A stretch of DNA of 61,579 nucleotides, counting the filler, from Catajapyx aquilonaris (taxonomy: Eukaryota): assembly GCA_000934665.2 (NCBI GenBank). It is 3 parts of 3 records of this genome, joined end to end, with 100 filler letters (N's around TTAATTAATTAA, not from the genome) between each part and the next. Parts side by side here need not be neighbours in the genome. Positions count along the whole stretch, not along the records: positions 1 to 20,478 come from KZ539504.1; positions 20,579 to 41,029 come from JYFJ02006256.1; 1 more part is not named here. One strand, written 5' to 3'. Shown here one piece after another: positions 11,046-30,036 of this stretch. Within the stretch, counting starts at the first letter, position 1. Every line of letters starts with the position of its first letter. Both the position numbers and the translations under genes were made by a program. The notes under the pieces are model-generated. The model was not told the DNA's origin, did no database searches, and saw nothing but the letters and a program-made list of their open reading frames with translations.

Positions 11046-14000
11046 AAAGTGAGCCCTTACCAAATTTTGTGAAACTGGAAAGCGTATTGCGTTTTCCATC
11101 TTGTTTAGGCTAGGTTGTATAAATGATGGTAAACTCTGAACAAGTAATTAATCTTCTGTGAATAACATAGGATCAACCACTTCTTATGGGTTTACCTCGT
11201 TTATGCAACTTGCCCTTGGTATGTACAGCCTTTCCTTGGGCCAGTTTCACAGAAGTGCAAACTTGTGTGAAAAAGTGGACAAGTCTCTGCAGAAGTTTTT
11301 TTTGTTTTTGTTTTTTGCATTGGACCACCATTTAGTGAGGCTGGAGTTTTTTGTTTGTTTTTTTGTGGATTTTAAAACTATGGGACCCAGAAGAAGTATT
11401 GACAGCTGCACAACAATATGGGAAGCATCAGCAGGGGGCACTATCTTGGTGATTCAGATCCTCATGCTTCATTCATGGAAGTTTTCACCATTAGTATTTC
11501 CCCTTTCCCAATATTGCAACTCCCCCCCCCCTCCCCCCTCCAATTGGTGGAAATGAGATAGTTACACATCAACACTAGTTTCTTTTACTTGACTTTGCAC
11601 TGTGGTAACACTGTAAACCGACCCTCATGCTCGTCTCCCGAGCATAGAGACAAATGACATGGGTATAGAATTATGCATGTGCCACACTCATGGAAGTTGA
11701 GTTCATGGTAGACATCTGATAGTTGACCACAGACTGGGTGTCACATGTATCATGTTCATCATGTACTACAAGGGTTGTAGAAACATGGAAGAAAATGGCA
11801 ATGGACAAAGGTAGCTGGTTGTCATCTAGGACATTCAGTGAAACTGAGAAGTTTACTTTTATTCACTTTATTATTTCCTCTTTACTTAATTTCCTCCTGT
11901 AATGTCAGACTTTCTGGGCCAAAGGTGGTGTGTGTTTCTGCACATTGTACCAGGGTTGATAAGAACTTTGTGAAACTGGCCTAGGAGCATTTTTTGATTT
12001 TTTTATTGCCATTTTTTGCACCAACTGTCCTAGATATGTCAGGTAGCAGCTTGTGTGTGAATGAAAGAGTAAATGTGTGTGCATATGTGTATATATAAAC
12101 GTATACATACAGGGTTACAGTTCTTTGTTGTTCTTGTTGATGAAATTATTTTGTCACCATGTGGTATTCCTTAGTTTTCAAAAAGACTCACTAAGCTATC
12201 TTTTGGCCCTGTGCATTTGAGCAGCAAATAACGTCTATAAATTGTACTCATTGTTACTAATGGCTGATAATAAAGCTTCAGGTTAGGGAATTGCACAAAA
12301 TGAGTTTATATCTTGAGATGCTGGATTGCAATTCAAAGTACTTGCCACCATATTATAATCAATTTTGCCCACCATAATTAAGCATGTTTTTTTCTGTTTT
12401 TCTTGTGTGCTTGCATATGTCACCTGCTATGCAATCACAATAAAATTTAGGTTTTGTGGGTTGCACCAAACTGGTGAATTTCACGAGAGTCAAAGTGGTC
12501 ACCAATTTGTGTGTGTGTGTGTGGAACATAAACACAATTGCAGAATCCCAACTTGTGTCAGGACTATAATTTTGTGTACTGCCAATAATTGTTGCCGCTT
12601 CTAGTCGTGTTGAGTTGGTCTGGTTGTTGCAGGTCTTGCACACATTATTGTACTAATGCAGTCATTGATGCGTTACTCAAATGCAGGTGTCAATTGATTG
12701 CAGGTTTTAAAGACAGTTTAAATTTTTCGTGGACATTCCGAGGGAAGTGCCATGGTCATTTTCTAATTGTTTTTAGCAAAATGACATTGCTCAAGGATAT
12801 AGAGAGGCTCCTACATGACATGGGATATGCCTCAGAAGTGTACATTTTGTTAAAATCATGTGACGCCCTGTTCTGGGGTTTTCTCTTTTGGTTTTGTTAT
12901 TGTAGAATCGGATGCAACATAAGATGGGCAAACTGGGCAAAACTTTGATGAACAGTGAAGTGAGAAAAGCCGGACGTTGTGTGAATCCTCTTAAGTGTAT
13001 TACTGAAGAGTGAAACCTCATTAATTCGAACTGCAAGGGGTGAAAACACTTTTGATTACACAAGTTGAAATTAAGATTGAAAGGAGTGGCTCATTTCGTT
13101 CATTTGTTTTTCTTTCCCCCTGTGCATGGTGCTACCAATGGGGGAATATATTTATAAAACTTGCCAAGTGTCCTGAACCTCATCCTACAAATAAAGGCTG
13201 CCGATTGCCAATACCCTTGTAGCCTAAACACAATTACTTTTTATTGTACGGTATATCAGTAGTACAGTTGACCCTGAGTAAACCAGTTTTGGCGTACTTG
13301 TGGATATGACCTGTTAGGCTCATGTAAACAATCTATTTGAGGATTTACTTTTGCTGTGTCTTGATAATATTGGGTGGAAATTGTTTCTAATAACATTAGA
13401 GAAGAAAAGGGGAAAACTGCCTTTTCCTACTTGATGTCTTGAGTTGTATAAATCTGGACTTGAAATTCGGGAATTTGCAATTTTAGAACCTCTAAAATGA
13501 CCGTAGAATGATATAAGAATCTTTCAGAGTGTATTTTAATTTTTATGATATAAATGTGGTTAATTTTTATAGTCACATATTGATCACTGAACTGATATTT
13601 CGTAAAAATTATTCATTGCAGAATAGTACTTAGTATTCTGCAATGAATAATTTTTACGAAATATCAGTTCAGTGGTGGCCAGGTTGTACAACAAGTCTTG
13701 TTGTACAACCTGGCCACCCTTGAAGTGGGGTAATATAATGGGGAAACTTGAATGTGCACACCTCAACTTATTCACATACAGGTTTAGAAAACAATATGTG
13801 ACTCTAAAGCTTGTATACATAATGACTGCAGGATTGCATAACTCCGGGTAAAGAGTGAGTGAGGGTGAACTCCAGTGTTGAGTTGGACCCATATACATAG
13901 TGAAAAACAAGTGCAGGGTTGCTCGACTCCAACCACAGAACCAGATCTCACTTTTCCTGGGAAGAAATGGGCTGTATCATACATCTCTGGTGGGTATTCC

Positions 14001-14334
14001 TGTCCGTGGTTGCAAATAGGGAATTTGGGAGGAACTCGTTGCCTGAGGTACTATATCGCTCAAAATGATGGGAGACACATTTGCATTTGTCTTCAATGCA
14101 AAATCATCTCAATCTTTTTGAGCTATTGAGCATCTGAGCTAGTAAACTGCTGGGATAAAAACAGTGGGTGTGCCAAGCTCTGCCTGCGACTTGACTGGTT
14201 TCTTGCGTGCAAGAAATTGGGGGGAATTCTGAGTGCACATGGCCAGGGCACATGGCAGGGGATCATCATACTTGGATGCCATCTAGGGGTAGATGCGGGT
14301 CAGAAACCCCCGCCTGACCCGCACCTCCTCCAGG

Positions 14335-14515
14335 ACAGGGAACTGAAGGAAGCGGCTGTGGCCTATTTTACGGTACGATCCCGGAAATTATTCCTGGAGT
14401 GACCTTGGGAAACCACAGAAAACCAAGGTCAGGATCGCCGGCCTCCGGGATTCGAACCCAGGACCTCCCGATTAGCAGTCAGACACCATATCCACTACAC
14501 CACTACTGCTTCGGT
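14335..14515 (-). mobile_element. tRNA-derived SINE (family 4)
   Basis: Reverse B-box GGGATTCGAACCC with body GGAAGCGG..GTGGCCTA..GGAAACCAC..GTCAGGAT.GCCGG, resembling widespread arthropod SINEs. Confidence 0.65.
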
Positions 14516-14586
14516 ACCCTTAGGTACTTGTATGCCCTGTCACCCATCCTCACTACTTCCAGAAGTGCCGATACATTTTTGAAGTG

Positions 14587-14910
14587 GATACGTCTTTAAA
14601 ATCGGATCAGGGGGCATGAAGGAAAACTCGTGCGTTGCAGAAAAGCGTTACAGTCTATTATAACCGAGTCTGCAATATGTTAGACTTTTCTCGACTATAA
14701 TGGTGGGGGCATGCAGAGGGGGGGGGGGNGGGGGGGGCAGCTGGGTAATGCTTTTCTGTAACGCTTGAGTTTGCCTGCATGCCCCCTGATCCGATTTTGA
14801 AGACGTAGCCAGGCCTGCATGCCCCCGCCATTATAGTCGAGAAAAGTGAAACATAATGTAGGTTGAGCTCGCAAAAGCTGCGGCTTGTGTCCCCGACACA
14901 ACCTAATGTA
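14587..14910. repeat. MITE-like repeat, copy of 3603-4043
   Basis: Same arms and flank in the opposite orientation. Confidence 0.75.
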
Positions 14911-15439
14911 ATTTTTTTTCAGTTTGACTCAACCACTTTTGAACATGTTTAACCCCCGCTGGCCAAGTCAATTCTAGTTTGGGGGCACAGTTTCACCCTT
15001 TGAGGCCTATGTGCATCACATGATGTCCTGCTGGTTTTTGAACTGGGAGCACTAGAGTTTAGACAGAAATGGCGCAGTTTGTGTCTCAAACTGCTCCTAC
15101 TACCCCGTGGAAGGGGGCTCAACTACCATGGTGTATGCTAATCAGGCATTTAACTTTTCAATATTTATCCGTTCTGCTTTTGTAGCAGGAATTGAGTCCT
15201 AATATTCTCATTGGTTGTTTGTCGTAATTTATTTCAATATTTTAGAATTATAGTTTTTTTCTCGTTTCTTAGTGGGAAAATGTTCAGAAAATGCAATAGG
15301 AACTGACATTGCTTTACTCAATTCTTCTCAGGAGGATATTGTTTTTTCATTAATATCAATCCTACTACAAATTTTGGTCAAGAAAGGAAAGAAAACCGCC
15401 CAAAAATCCCAGTCCCCAAAGGGTTAATGTGAGTCATAT

Positions 15440-17867
15440 CCTCCTGAGACCAAATGTCCATTTAAATGGACATCTGGAAAAGTTTTTTTGGCGCCAACTA
15501 GTGATGCCAACAGAACTGTAATCTGTTGGTATCCCATGATTACAATCTGGCCTCAATAGCTGTAGCCACCTAGTGTCGAATATCTGACTTGGGCCGCGAA
15601 AATTAAATCGCGGAAAAAATGGCGGATGCCGCTGCTGAAGCTAGACGCTCATCTGATAAGTTTTATTTTTTTACTCATATTTAGAGTGCGATTTTCGTCA
15701 ATGTAGTGAATGCCCTGGGATTCGCAAGGAATGTGTATTAGGAAATACGCAAAAAATTATCTGTGACGATCTTTGTTGCTGCAGAGAACTGGTAATTTTC
15801 TTTTCTTCCTGAGACAAAATGTCCATTTGAATGGACATCCTATTTTTATTTTTTTAGCTGAATGGGTGTGACTTTTCTTTAAGTGCCTGTACCTATACAC
15901 CCACAAGGAAGTGTGCTTTTCACTATGCAGTTCAGTTTCAAAATCTACTTGCCCAAACCCAGAATAATTCGCTCACCCTGATATTTCCCAGTTGAGAATA
16001 TGGAAATGACGAAATATAAATTAATTGCACATAAATAAGGTGTCATGAAGGTTGCCTACGTATAGAGTGGCATCTTGCCCACACGATGGCACAAAAATGC
16101 CTCCTCCAGCGCACATATGACCAAGGTCACAGAGGTTTAAAAATGCGCGATGGGAGTCAGAAGTGTTCGCTCACAGCGCGCGCTGCATCAAATGAATTCG
16201 CTCAGGTACAATGACTCGATGCTCTGGCAAGTTCCTTTCGAGATAGCAGGCATCATTTCATGCTCGAACTCTGCGCTGGAAGGTTTGACCATGGTAGTGG
16301 AAGACCTCTCCAAAAGGACTTGCGAGTAGCCATACTGACAGCCCACAACGCGAGAAGGTCCGGCCGTTACATCGCACGGTCTTTTCAACTGCCACAGAGA
16401 ACTGTTTCGGACCTGCTTCGGCGATATGCGCAGACAGGGAGCTTGCTACCAAGACGTCGTACCGGACGTCCTAGGACAACGACACCCAGGGAGCTGAGAA
16501 CATTGCGCCGATTGGTCAAGAAAGACCGCTGCTCACCCATGCCCAAAAGAGGAAGCGATTATTGCTATGGGCGAAGGAGAGGAGGGGGTGGAGCAAGAGG
16601 ATCTGGGCCACAATCATCTTCAGTGACGAGTCCTCTTTCCACGTGATCCCGTCGGACACCCGGCGACGCATCATTCGCACGAAAAAGGAGGCTTTCCATC
16701 CCCACTGCCTGGAACGGACTGTGAAGCATGCAGCAAGTGTGATGGTGTGGGGATGTATAGGGAGGAGTGGCACTGGAACCTTGCAAGTTGTGGAAGGGAA
16801 GATCGACCAACACAAGTATCAGGCCATCCTGAGGGACAGTCTCTTGCCATCGCTTCCAAAGCTGCGCCCGATGGGCGACTTCCTGTTCCAGCAAGATGGA
16901 GCTACGTGCCACACCGCAAAAACGACCAAAAAGTGGCTGGACGACAATGGTATATTGGTACCCTGCCATGGCCTCCCAGCAGCCCCGACCTCAACCCTAT
17001 CGAGACAATATGGAAGAAAATGAAGCAGCATCTGAGGCGCATGCGTCCCCGAACTGTCAAGTCACTGGTACAGAGACTTCAAGAAATATGGGATAGTGTG
17101 ACCCAAGAGCAGTGTGCAGCTCTCAACGACAAGATGCCCCAACGTCTGGAGGCTGTTATTGTCACGCCTTATTGAGTGCCTTTATGTATCCATGTTCATT
17201 AAAATGCATAATTACTGTACCTGAGAGAATTCATTTGACGCAGCGCGCGCTGTGAGCGAACACTTCTGACTCCCATCGCGCATTTTTAAACCTCTGTGAC
17301 CTTGGTCATATGTGCGCTGGAGGAGGCATTTTTGTGCCATCGTGTGGGCAAGATGCCACTCTATACGTAGGCGACCTTCATGACACCCTATTTATGTGCA
17401 ATTAATTTATATTTCGTCATTTCCATATTCTCAACTGAGAAATATCAGGGTGAGCGAATTATTTTGGGTTTGGGCAAGTAGAATAGCAAGGTACCACTTT
17501 AGCGGGTAAGAAGGGAAGGAGCAAGCCCCATGCCTGGAGTGGAGGCGTTAAAAAATAATTTCATTTATCATTAATTGTCTTCTGAGAGGAATTGCTACCA
17601 CGAATATCACGAATAAATTTTAAAAACATTGTTTGGAGGATAGAGCACTATGTGAGTGATCCATTAAGTGGTATTTCAATTTTCAGCTTTCATCCGTTCT
17701 GCTTTTGTAGCACCAATTGGGTCCTAATGTTCTCATTGGTTGTTTGTCGCCATTTTTGTCGATATTTTAAAACTAAATTTTTTTTCTCGTTTCTTATTGG
17801 GAAAATGTTCAGAAAATGCAATAGGAACTGATATTCCGTTACTCAATTCTTCTCGGGTCCCAGGAGG
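15440..17867. mobile_element. Older TIR element hosting the Tc1 insertion (ends CCTCCTGAGACC / GGTCCCAGGAGG, ATAT-like target)
   Basis: Left end is ATAT|CCTCCTGAGACC and right end is GGTCCCAGGAGG|GTAT. The right ~190 bp recurs at 15150-15335, ending TCTCAGGAGG|ATAT. Confidence 0.6.
15948..17478 (+). mobile_element. Tc1-family (DD34E) DNA transposon, defective, with long TIRs
   Basis: 263-bp near-identical TIRs (15948-16210 and 17216-17478) with TA on both sides. Transposase fragments lie in three frames: HTH plus GRPR motif, FSDESSF, FQQDGATCH and WPPSSPDLNPIE. Removing a 2-nt insertion near 16950 restores D-34-E spacing. Confidence 0.95.
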
Positions 17868-17904
17868 GTATGGGACTTATAGACCCGAACGCTAAAATTG
17901 TTTG

Positions 17905-18545
17905 ATATCTCGTAAACCTATGCATGAAAATCAACGACATTTTCATGACACATACCTCCAACAATGTTGTTGAGCAAATGACATTACAGCAGGTGTTGGA
18001 AGTGGCTGCCATGTTATGCAAAGCACATGTCCATACGGTGGTGCATGTTGTCTGAAGTTCGTCTCAATGTTGCAGCATCAATGTTGTGGATTTCACTCGT
18101 ATTATTTTTCTTTAAGGCTGGAATCAGAGATGGCTTGTTCCTGTACACCCTTTCCTTCAGATACTCCAGCAAAAAGAAGTCTGGGCTTGGGAGATCACAG
18201 ATTTTTGGAAATATATGGTCCTCAAAAAAACTGTTGTCACCATTGACTCACATTACATATGATATGACATGTCGCACCATCTTGCTGAAAGTAACCCTGT
18301 ATTAATTCCACATCAAGCGTTCTCGGAAGGAAATGGGGCTGATGATCCTCACTCCAGAAGTGGAGCACCAACCTCCCAATTTCTTCTGGTGAAGTGGTGA
18401 TTCATGTGACCCATGAGGATTGTTGGTGTCCCAATCATGGGGTTTTGAGTTTCCAGCACTTGCTGCGATGTCATTTTCTCAACAACGTTGGAGGTACGTG
18501 TCATAAAATTGACATTGATTTTCGTCCATTTATTTACGAGATACA
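17905..18545 (-). mobile_element. Degenerate Tc1/mariner (maT/DD37D-like) remnant
   Basis: About 100-bp imperfect inverted ends. Minus-strand fragments read GYFQQDGATCH and DLPSPDFFLLEYLKERVY. Confidence 0.65.
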
Positions 18546-19137
18546 GTGAAACCTGCCCATTACGGACCCTGGGTATAGTGGAAACCTATCCATTGCAGAC
18601 ATTTTTCTGGGAACTGCCGTATGCATAGAGCATGCAATGTGTTTTTTGACATATTTTGGAACCTGTCCAACACGGAAACGGAAAGGAGTTTTGGCTCCCT
18701 TTAGAGAAAATCTCGGTTTATAACGGAAATCAAAATAAGGTTCATAGGTGTCAAATAGAAACTACAGCCGAGTTCACTCTTGGCTCTCCCAGGAGGCCTC
18801 GGAGTAACCATTTCAGGACCATCCGACACCATACTGTGCCATAATTGCTGGAATTGCAACCGGCCTGTGGCCTTGAAGATAGAAGGTGAGGAAAGGAGAC
18901 TAATTTGGGTTGGAAAATTGAAAGATGGCTTGCGGGAGGGCCAAGAAGATTTTGACTCGTGATTCATAGGTGTCCTGACTTCAAGTTTAGTTTCACTGTT
19001 CAGTCCAGTTTTAAAATGACTGGGACGAGGAAGGGGTTGACACAGACTCAACGTATTGCCAGAGCCGATGGTCCAATAGAGCAGGCAAAATCAATAGCCC
19101 AAATACTTGGTGCTCAAAATTGAGTGTGTCACATGGA

Positions 19138-19400
19138 GGGAGGCGGAGTGGCACTGCAGAAACATATGCACCCCCATGACTGTAAGGGTCCCCGGGTTCA
19201 ATCCCAAGCCCGGGCATTCCCTCCCCCCTTCATCTCGTGCAGAGTTGGGTTGTCTCTGGCTTCGTCTCGGATGGGATTCCTTGAGACTAACCACCCGGGG
19301 GAACTCACAAAATGACCACATGAGACATTGCACTACACCTTGCACTCCCCCTCCTACTCATCCCTGCCGGTGGGCCCGAGCGCTTCATTATAGGTTCCAG
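19138..19400 (+). mobile_element. SINE family 1, tail type A
   Basis: Shared head and body. Confidence 0.85.
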
Positions 19401-20478
19401 TTGTGTACAGGTTGTACTACATCGCTCAAAGAGATGAAACGATTTTGCATTTGTAGTGGGGGCTCTTAGGGTCAAAATTCGACCCGATGGGGACAGGTTG
19501 GACAAAAGCACCAAATTTTTTCCATGGAATCTGTATTGCTTACGCTTCAGATTTTTGGTAGGATCCACGTGATCAAGACAATGGATCATGTGTTATGAGT
19601 CATAATCCATGTGAACGTGTCAGCCGGTGGATACTTCTTCAATTGTTAATGCTGCCGCATTACAAATAACAATAAATAGTTCCCCGCAGACTACTCATGT
19701 TATTTAAGTGTTATTTAAGTGTTACTTAAATAAGCTGCACAATAGGGGGTCGATCAGGTCTATGATCAGTGTGCATGAATGTAATGGTAATTGTATGGGA
19801 CATTCTGCGTCAATGGGGCTACCCTTTATTGCCATGACCTTTTCAGGTTTTGGTCACATTGAAGTATATTGTAGTACCAACAGACAGGTTTGCATAACCG
19901 AGTTTGTTTCTCGGTACGACGAGTGGTTATGAAACTACAGGGTGACCAATGTGCCAATTTTGCTCCGTAAGCATCTGTAAGATGTTACTTGGAGGACAAC
20001 TCCCAAGAAGAACAGTTAATTCCTAAACTTTGTGTGCATTTGAAAGGTAATTTCACTCTTTATGAGATGGTCATACTCGTAATTAAGAAGACAAAAAATC
20101 TTAAAGAAAAATGGTGGTCAAAAATTTATGATTTTGATGTTGATCATTAATAGACCTCTGCGATTTATTTTGAATGGCACTTAAAATGATAAGGGAAATG
20201 TTTACTTGGGATTCCGCAAAATCTGGAGAATCTCTGTTCCCTGATTCAAGAACTCTACCGAGGTAACAATAAATACCGATGTCAATGGCCGAGTAAATTG
20301 ATAAATTGCATGAAGATAAAAGAGATTCCCATTTTAACGTGCTTCTCACTTGTCAGTGAGGAAGATGCAAGTTTCAGAATTTTTCTTGTCGTGTATGGAT
20401 GGCCAAAAAAAATTATCCCGTGGCTGAATGATTGATTGGATATTTGTCGATCCAGAAATAATATTACAGCTGCCACTT

Positions 20479-20578
20479 NNNNNNNNNNNNNNNNNNNNNN
20501 NNNNNNNNNNNNNNNNNNNNNNTTAATTAATTAANNNNNNNNNNNNNNNNNNNNNNNNNNNNNNNNNNNNNNNNNNNN
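20479..20578. other. Artificial assembly spacer
   Basis: 44 N + TTAATTAATTAA + 44 N. Confidence 0.95.
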
Positions 20579-20839
20579 CACTGTTTCGTAGCATTGCTCT
20601 ATGGATTAATAAAATAATAAATCCCCACCCGCTTCCGCTGTGGGTGGAGATGCGCAGATCGTCGACGAGATTTTACGCTAGATAGGCAAAATTTCGTGTA
20701 GGATTGGCCTCTATACCTTCATGTCTCTTTCAAGTGTCTCCTTGTTTCCCCCTCTCCACCCCCTCCCCAGGACAGGCGGTATTTTTATTACACTTGCAAC
20801 TTCTATCCCACTCATTTAATGGAGAGAGAAGAAAAAAGT

Positions 20840-20916
20840 GTCGCGACTCTCCGGGATCGAACTTGGGTCCTTAGAACCAGCAAGAGGCGACGCTAACCAT
20901 TCGCCTACCAGCCACC
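20840..20916 (-). mobile_element. tRNA-like SINE head
   Basis: Minus strand TAGGCGAATGGTTAGCG...AAGTTCGATCCC contains A and B boxes but does not form a proper cloverleaf. Confidence 0.5.
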
Positions 20917-21427
20917 AGTAGATACCCACCTCTTGGAAGTTGTAGTTCCACTGCAGGATTATAAAACATCATAGCTATAGCTGTTCCTTCTCATTTCAAG
21001 AAAGCATAATATGTAAAACTAATTCATTTTGACTAAAGTGCATTTTTAAGGCTTGGTATATTTCTTTAAAACATGAATCCATTATCTAATTATTATTAAA
21101 AGTGGATTTAAAAGGACATATAATTTGCTTCCGCCGATTCAAAGCGAAGGTTTGAAATACCCACGAGATTTCCAGAAATGGTTGTTTTTTATTGTAGCTG
21201 CATACCATTATTATTGAGAAATGACAACTATATAATTAACTTATAAGTAGAATCACCACTAGACCGCGACCGGTGCGCTACCTCGTTACTTACCCCTCAG
21301 TTTCACATGTACTTATTGTAAAGAAAGTGCACCATCACTGCAAGACCGGCTAATGACAGGAAAATACTTGTTACAGATCAATATAAATTTATGAATGCAA
21401 ATAAGCTAGCCATGGTGTTTTATATTT

Positions 21428-21640
21428 GAAGGGGTTAGTGCCATAACGTGCTAAGCCACACTTTTGTGTTTTTTGAGCTTGCATGTGTCTGAAAGTCCCA
21501 CCATCGTGCTTCACAAGTGGGCATCACGTAGTTAGAAAAATTCCCCATAGATCACGAGAAAATCACGAATAATGTTCCTTGTTTTGTATGACTCAGAATG
21601 AAGGTTTTGTGGCTTAGCACGTTATGGCACTAACCCATTC
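21428..21640. mobile_element. MITE
   Basis: Perfect ~29-bp inverted repeat GGGTTAGTGCCATAACGTGCTAAGCCACA. Confidence 0.7.
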
Positions 21641-22828
21641 ATTTATTTGGTGTCATTCATTTTGTGCCATTGTTGCTCAGTAAGTAAAATAGGTGTTAAA
21701 AATACGAGATGTTCCAGTTTTTTTCAATGTTTCTGTCATAAAGAACAAATAATTTTGCCAGAGCTGATGGAGAGCTTTTATGAACTTCCGTGGATGTTGA
21801 TTGTTAATTGTTATACTTCAATATATGTAACAAGAATTCGGGTCAACGTTCAAACGATTTTTATTTCAACATGTTTGATTTTTACCAACAAACCGAATCT
21901 ACATGTTGGAAGCTGCATTGTTCATTTTTCTAACGGTGCTGCATTTTTTTCTCCTCGAGGCCATTCGATTATTTTGGCTTGAAAAATATGTCCATCTGGA
22001 TGCTGTTGTGGAGAATGGTGGTGGGACAGGGCACCATGTCCATTCCTCCTCCTGATGGCGTAGCAGCTGAGATGTAGCAGGAGGTGTTATCCTGTGGGAT
22101 GCACCTGGCACACTGTGGCGATGCCCGGATTTAGACTGGATCCGGGACGGTTGAGATCCACTCTTGCATTTCAGGGCCAGGCACAGTTCCTCCACCATCT
22201 CTGAGCAAAGGGATTGCTAAAAGAGAAAAGTGAACCAGTTGTTTTGGACCACATGTAAACGCTCATTGGTATGGATCAATTGTTTCCTCTGAAATAAGAA
22301 ATCCTGGATTACAATTGTGCAGAAATTAGGACTGAAGGTGCATTCTGGAGCTCAAATGGAGGAAGATGCTATTAAATATTATTCTATGTAGGTGCTGACA
22401 ATTGGGCAAAATTAGGGAAAAGTTAGTATAATCTTGTTGAGTTTTTCTTATGGCAACAATGGGCTCTCATGAAACATTGCAAGCAGCATCACATCTAAAA
22501 GATATACTGCCATCCTAAGGATAAACACCCTATGTCCAAAACCAGGAAGGACAAAATTCGCGTGCATGGCCTGCAACCTTACCCCGCATCGGAATGGGTG
22601 CAGGCAAGGGTGCAGGGCATGCATGCGACCATTGTCCTTACTTGTTTAGCAAACAGGGCATTTCTCCCTGGGAAGGCAGTCTAGTTTATGATGTCAAATT
22701 CACAATTTATGAAATGTACGAGTAATATCTAAAAATAATTACTGATTACTTTCTCTAATTTTCCAAATTGATCATAGAGCACTGTTACTAAATATTTTTT
22801 AGAATAAAAATAACTGCGATTGCATTAC

Positions 22829-23229
22829 CTTTAGCCAATCAAGTGCCGTCAAGAGCTGCCTCGCCACACTGGAGACCACCAGGGAGGGCAGTCTATCTAT
22901 ATTGGGGGTGGACGCAGAGGAGTATGAAAAGGTCTCCCTGCATATACCAATCATCAGGCAGAAGAGGTCATTGTGGCGGAAGAAGCCGAAATGATGTGCC
23001 TGTCCTCCTTTTCAGTCAAGGCAGAAGGTTGGCCTGTACTCCCTAGAGACGGGATGGGCATCCCCAGGAACTGCATGATGGCCCCCTCCCTAGTGCTTGC
23101 CATCGGGTCCTTCTGCACCTTGACCACTGCCACCTCGCGAGGGACGCTCTTGTCCAGTTGGTCAGCATCTGTCCTCACGCACGTTGGCACGTAAACACTT
23201 CTTCCGAAGCAGCCTGCTCCCAGCCGTAC
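22829..23229 (-). pseudogene. Frameshifted protein kinase exon (subdomains I-VIa), possibly CMGC-like
   Basis: Exon bounded by AG and GT. It reads LGAGCFGRSVY...AVVK...REGAIMQFL, then in shifted frames GFFRHNDLFCLM, YMQGDLF and VARQLLTALDWLK. Several frameshifts and stops are present. Confidence 0.65.
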
Positions 23230-23899
23230 CTGTAAAGTGTAGTAGATTTTCTTATGATAGTCACTAATAACCCCTCCAGCGCAAGGGGGTAATCACTTCG
23301 GTACTCCGGTGTACACCGGCGAGTGGTACTCCCTGGTACTCCTCAGGTACCTCACTCTTTATTACTCCTTGAATTTGGTACTCCAGTGTACACTTTTCAG
23401 TCGAGTGATTACCCCCTTGCTCCAGCGACCAGGCCGCTGTTGAAGTGCTGCAAAAAATTGCCATTTAAAGACACTGTATGGACTGTCATGAGGGGTTAGT
23501 AAAATCAGTAGTACTGCTCTGTTAAAAGAAATGGTTCAAGTTAGGCAACAATAATAAACTTTCACAGCCCCAATACGTGCAGGTAATAATAATTATATTC
23601 CTTCAAATAATTACAGCAATAAATGGTTTGCAATATTCCAGCACTTGTGGAAAAGTACTTTTTTTTGTATTTGTTACCAGGAATTATTTCCATAAATATT
23701 GGATGGACTAGCGTTTACATGTCGCAAATTATTACAATCGACGTAAATATCATACACGTAGTCTTTTCAAATCAGTCTCTCGTCACAAGTGAGTGCGGAA
23801 CACCTGTACTCACAACAGCAAGGTCGTTTAAAACAATGGGCACGGAAATTGTGCGCTCTGTTGGAAGCATGAACATTTGTGACACAGAGATAGGAAATA

Positions 23900-27014
<3,115 letters not shown>

Positions 27015-27577
27015 ATTAAAGTTGGATGTGTGTTTATAATACAGTAGTCTCAATTCAAAGGGACGAAACGTTATAATGTATCATAATGCCCTTGACTTAC
27101 GAGGCAAGTACGTTAATAAATATTTTTTCACAAACTATAAGACGCATGTATCATGAACCACATGAAAGCTAAAAAATGTACACAGTTTGTCAATGCTTAT
27201 CATGAGCATGAATGCCGCAATAAATTCTTTCATAATACTCCTTGTAATAAGGTCACATGCTGTGTACAAGACAAACACTTTTGAGAATACTCATGCAGAA
27301 TATTATAACCTTGTCAACGTGCTGTTGAACCTGATGATTCGTTATAGATCGCATTCCGGGCCGTGATAAAAAGGCGTAGTAGATTACATGTGGATAAAAT
27401 ATATCCCATCACATTTTCATAATATCCGGTCCATTCACTCCCATGTTATCTGTCTCTTATACGACACAAGTTCAGTACACTATTCTGCCCACCACTGCAC
27501 GCGCAAGATTGTCACATAAAGGGTGTAGAAATAATGTGAGGTGCACTGCAACTTTGGTGACAATCGGCAAGAGAATA

Positions 27578-30036
<2,459 letters not shown>

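Noticed and set aside
14953..15423. piggyBac MITE (TTAA-CCC...GGG-TTAA)
   Set aside because: The termini match only over 3 bases. An alternative left end at ~14996 is degenerate, so support is insufficient.
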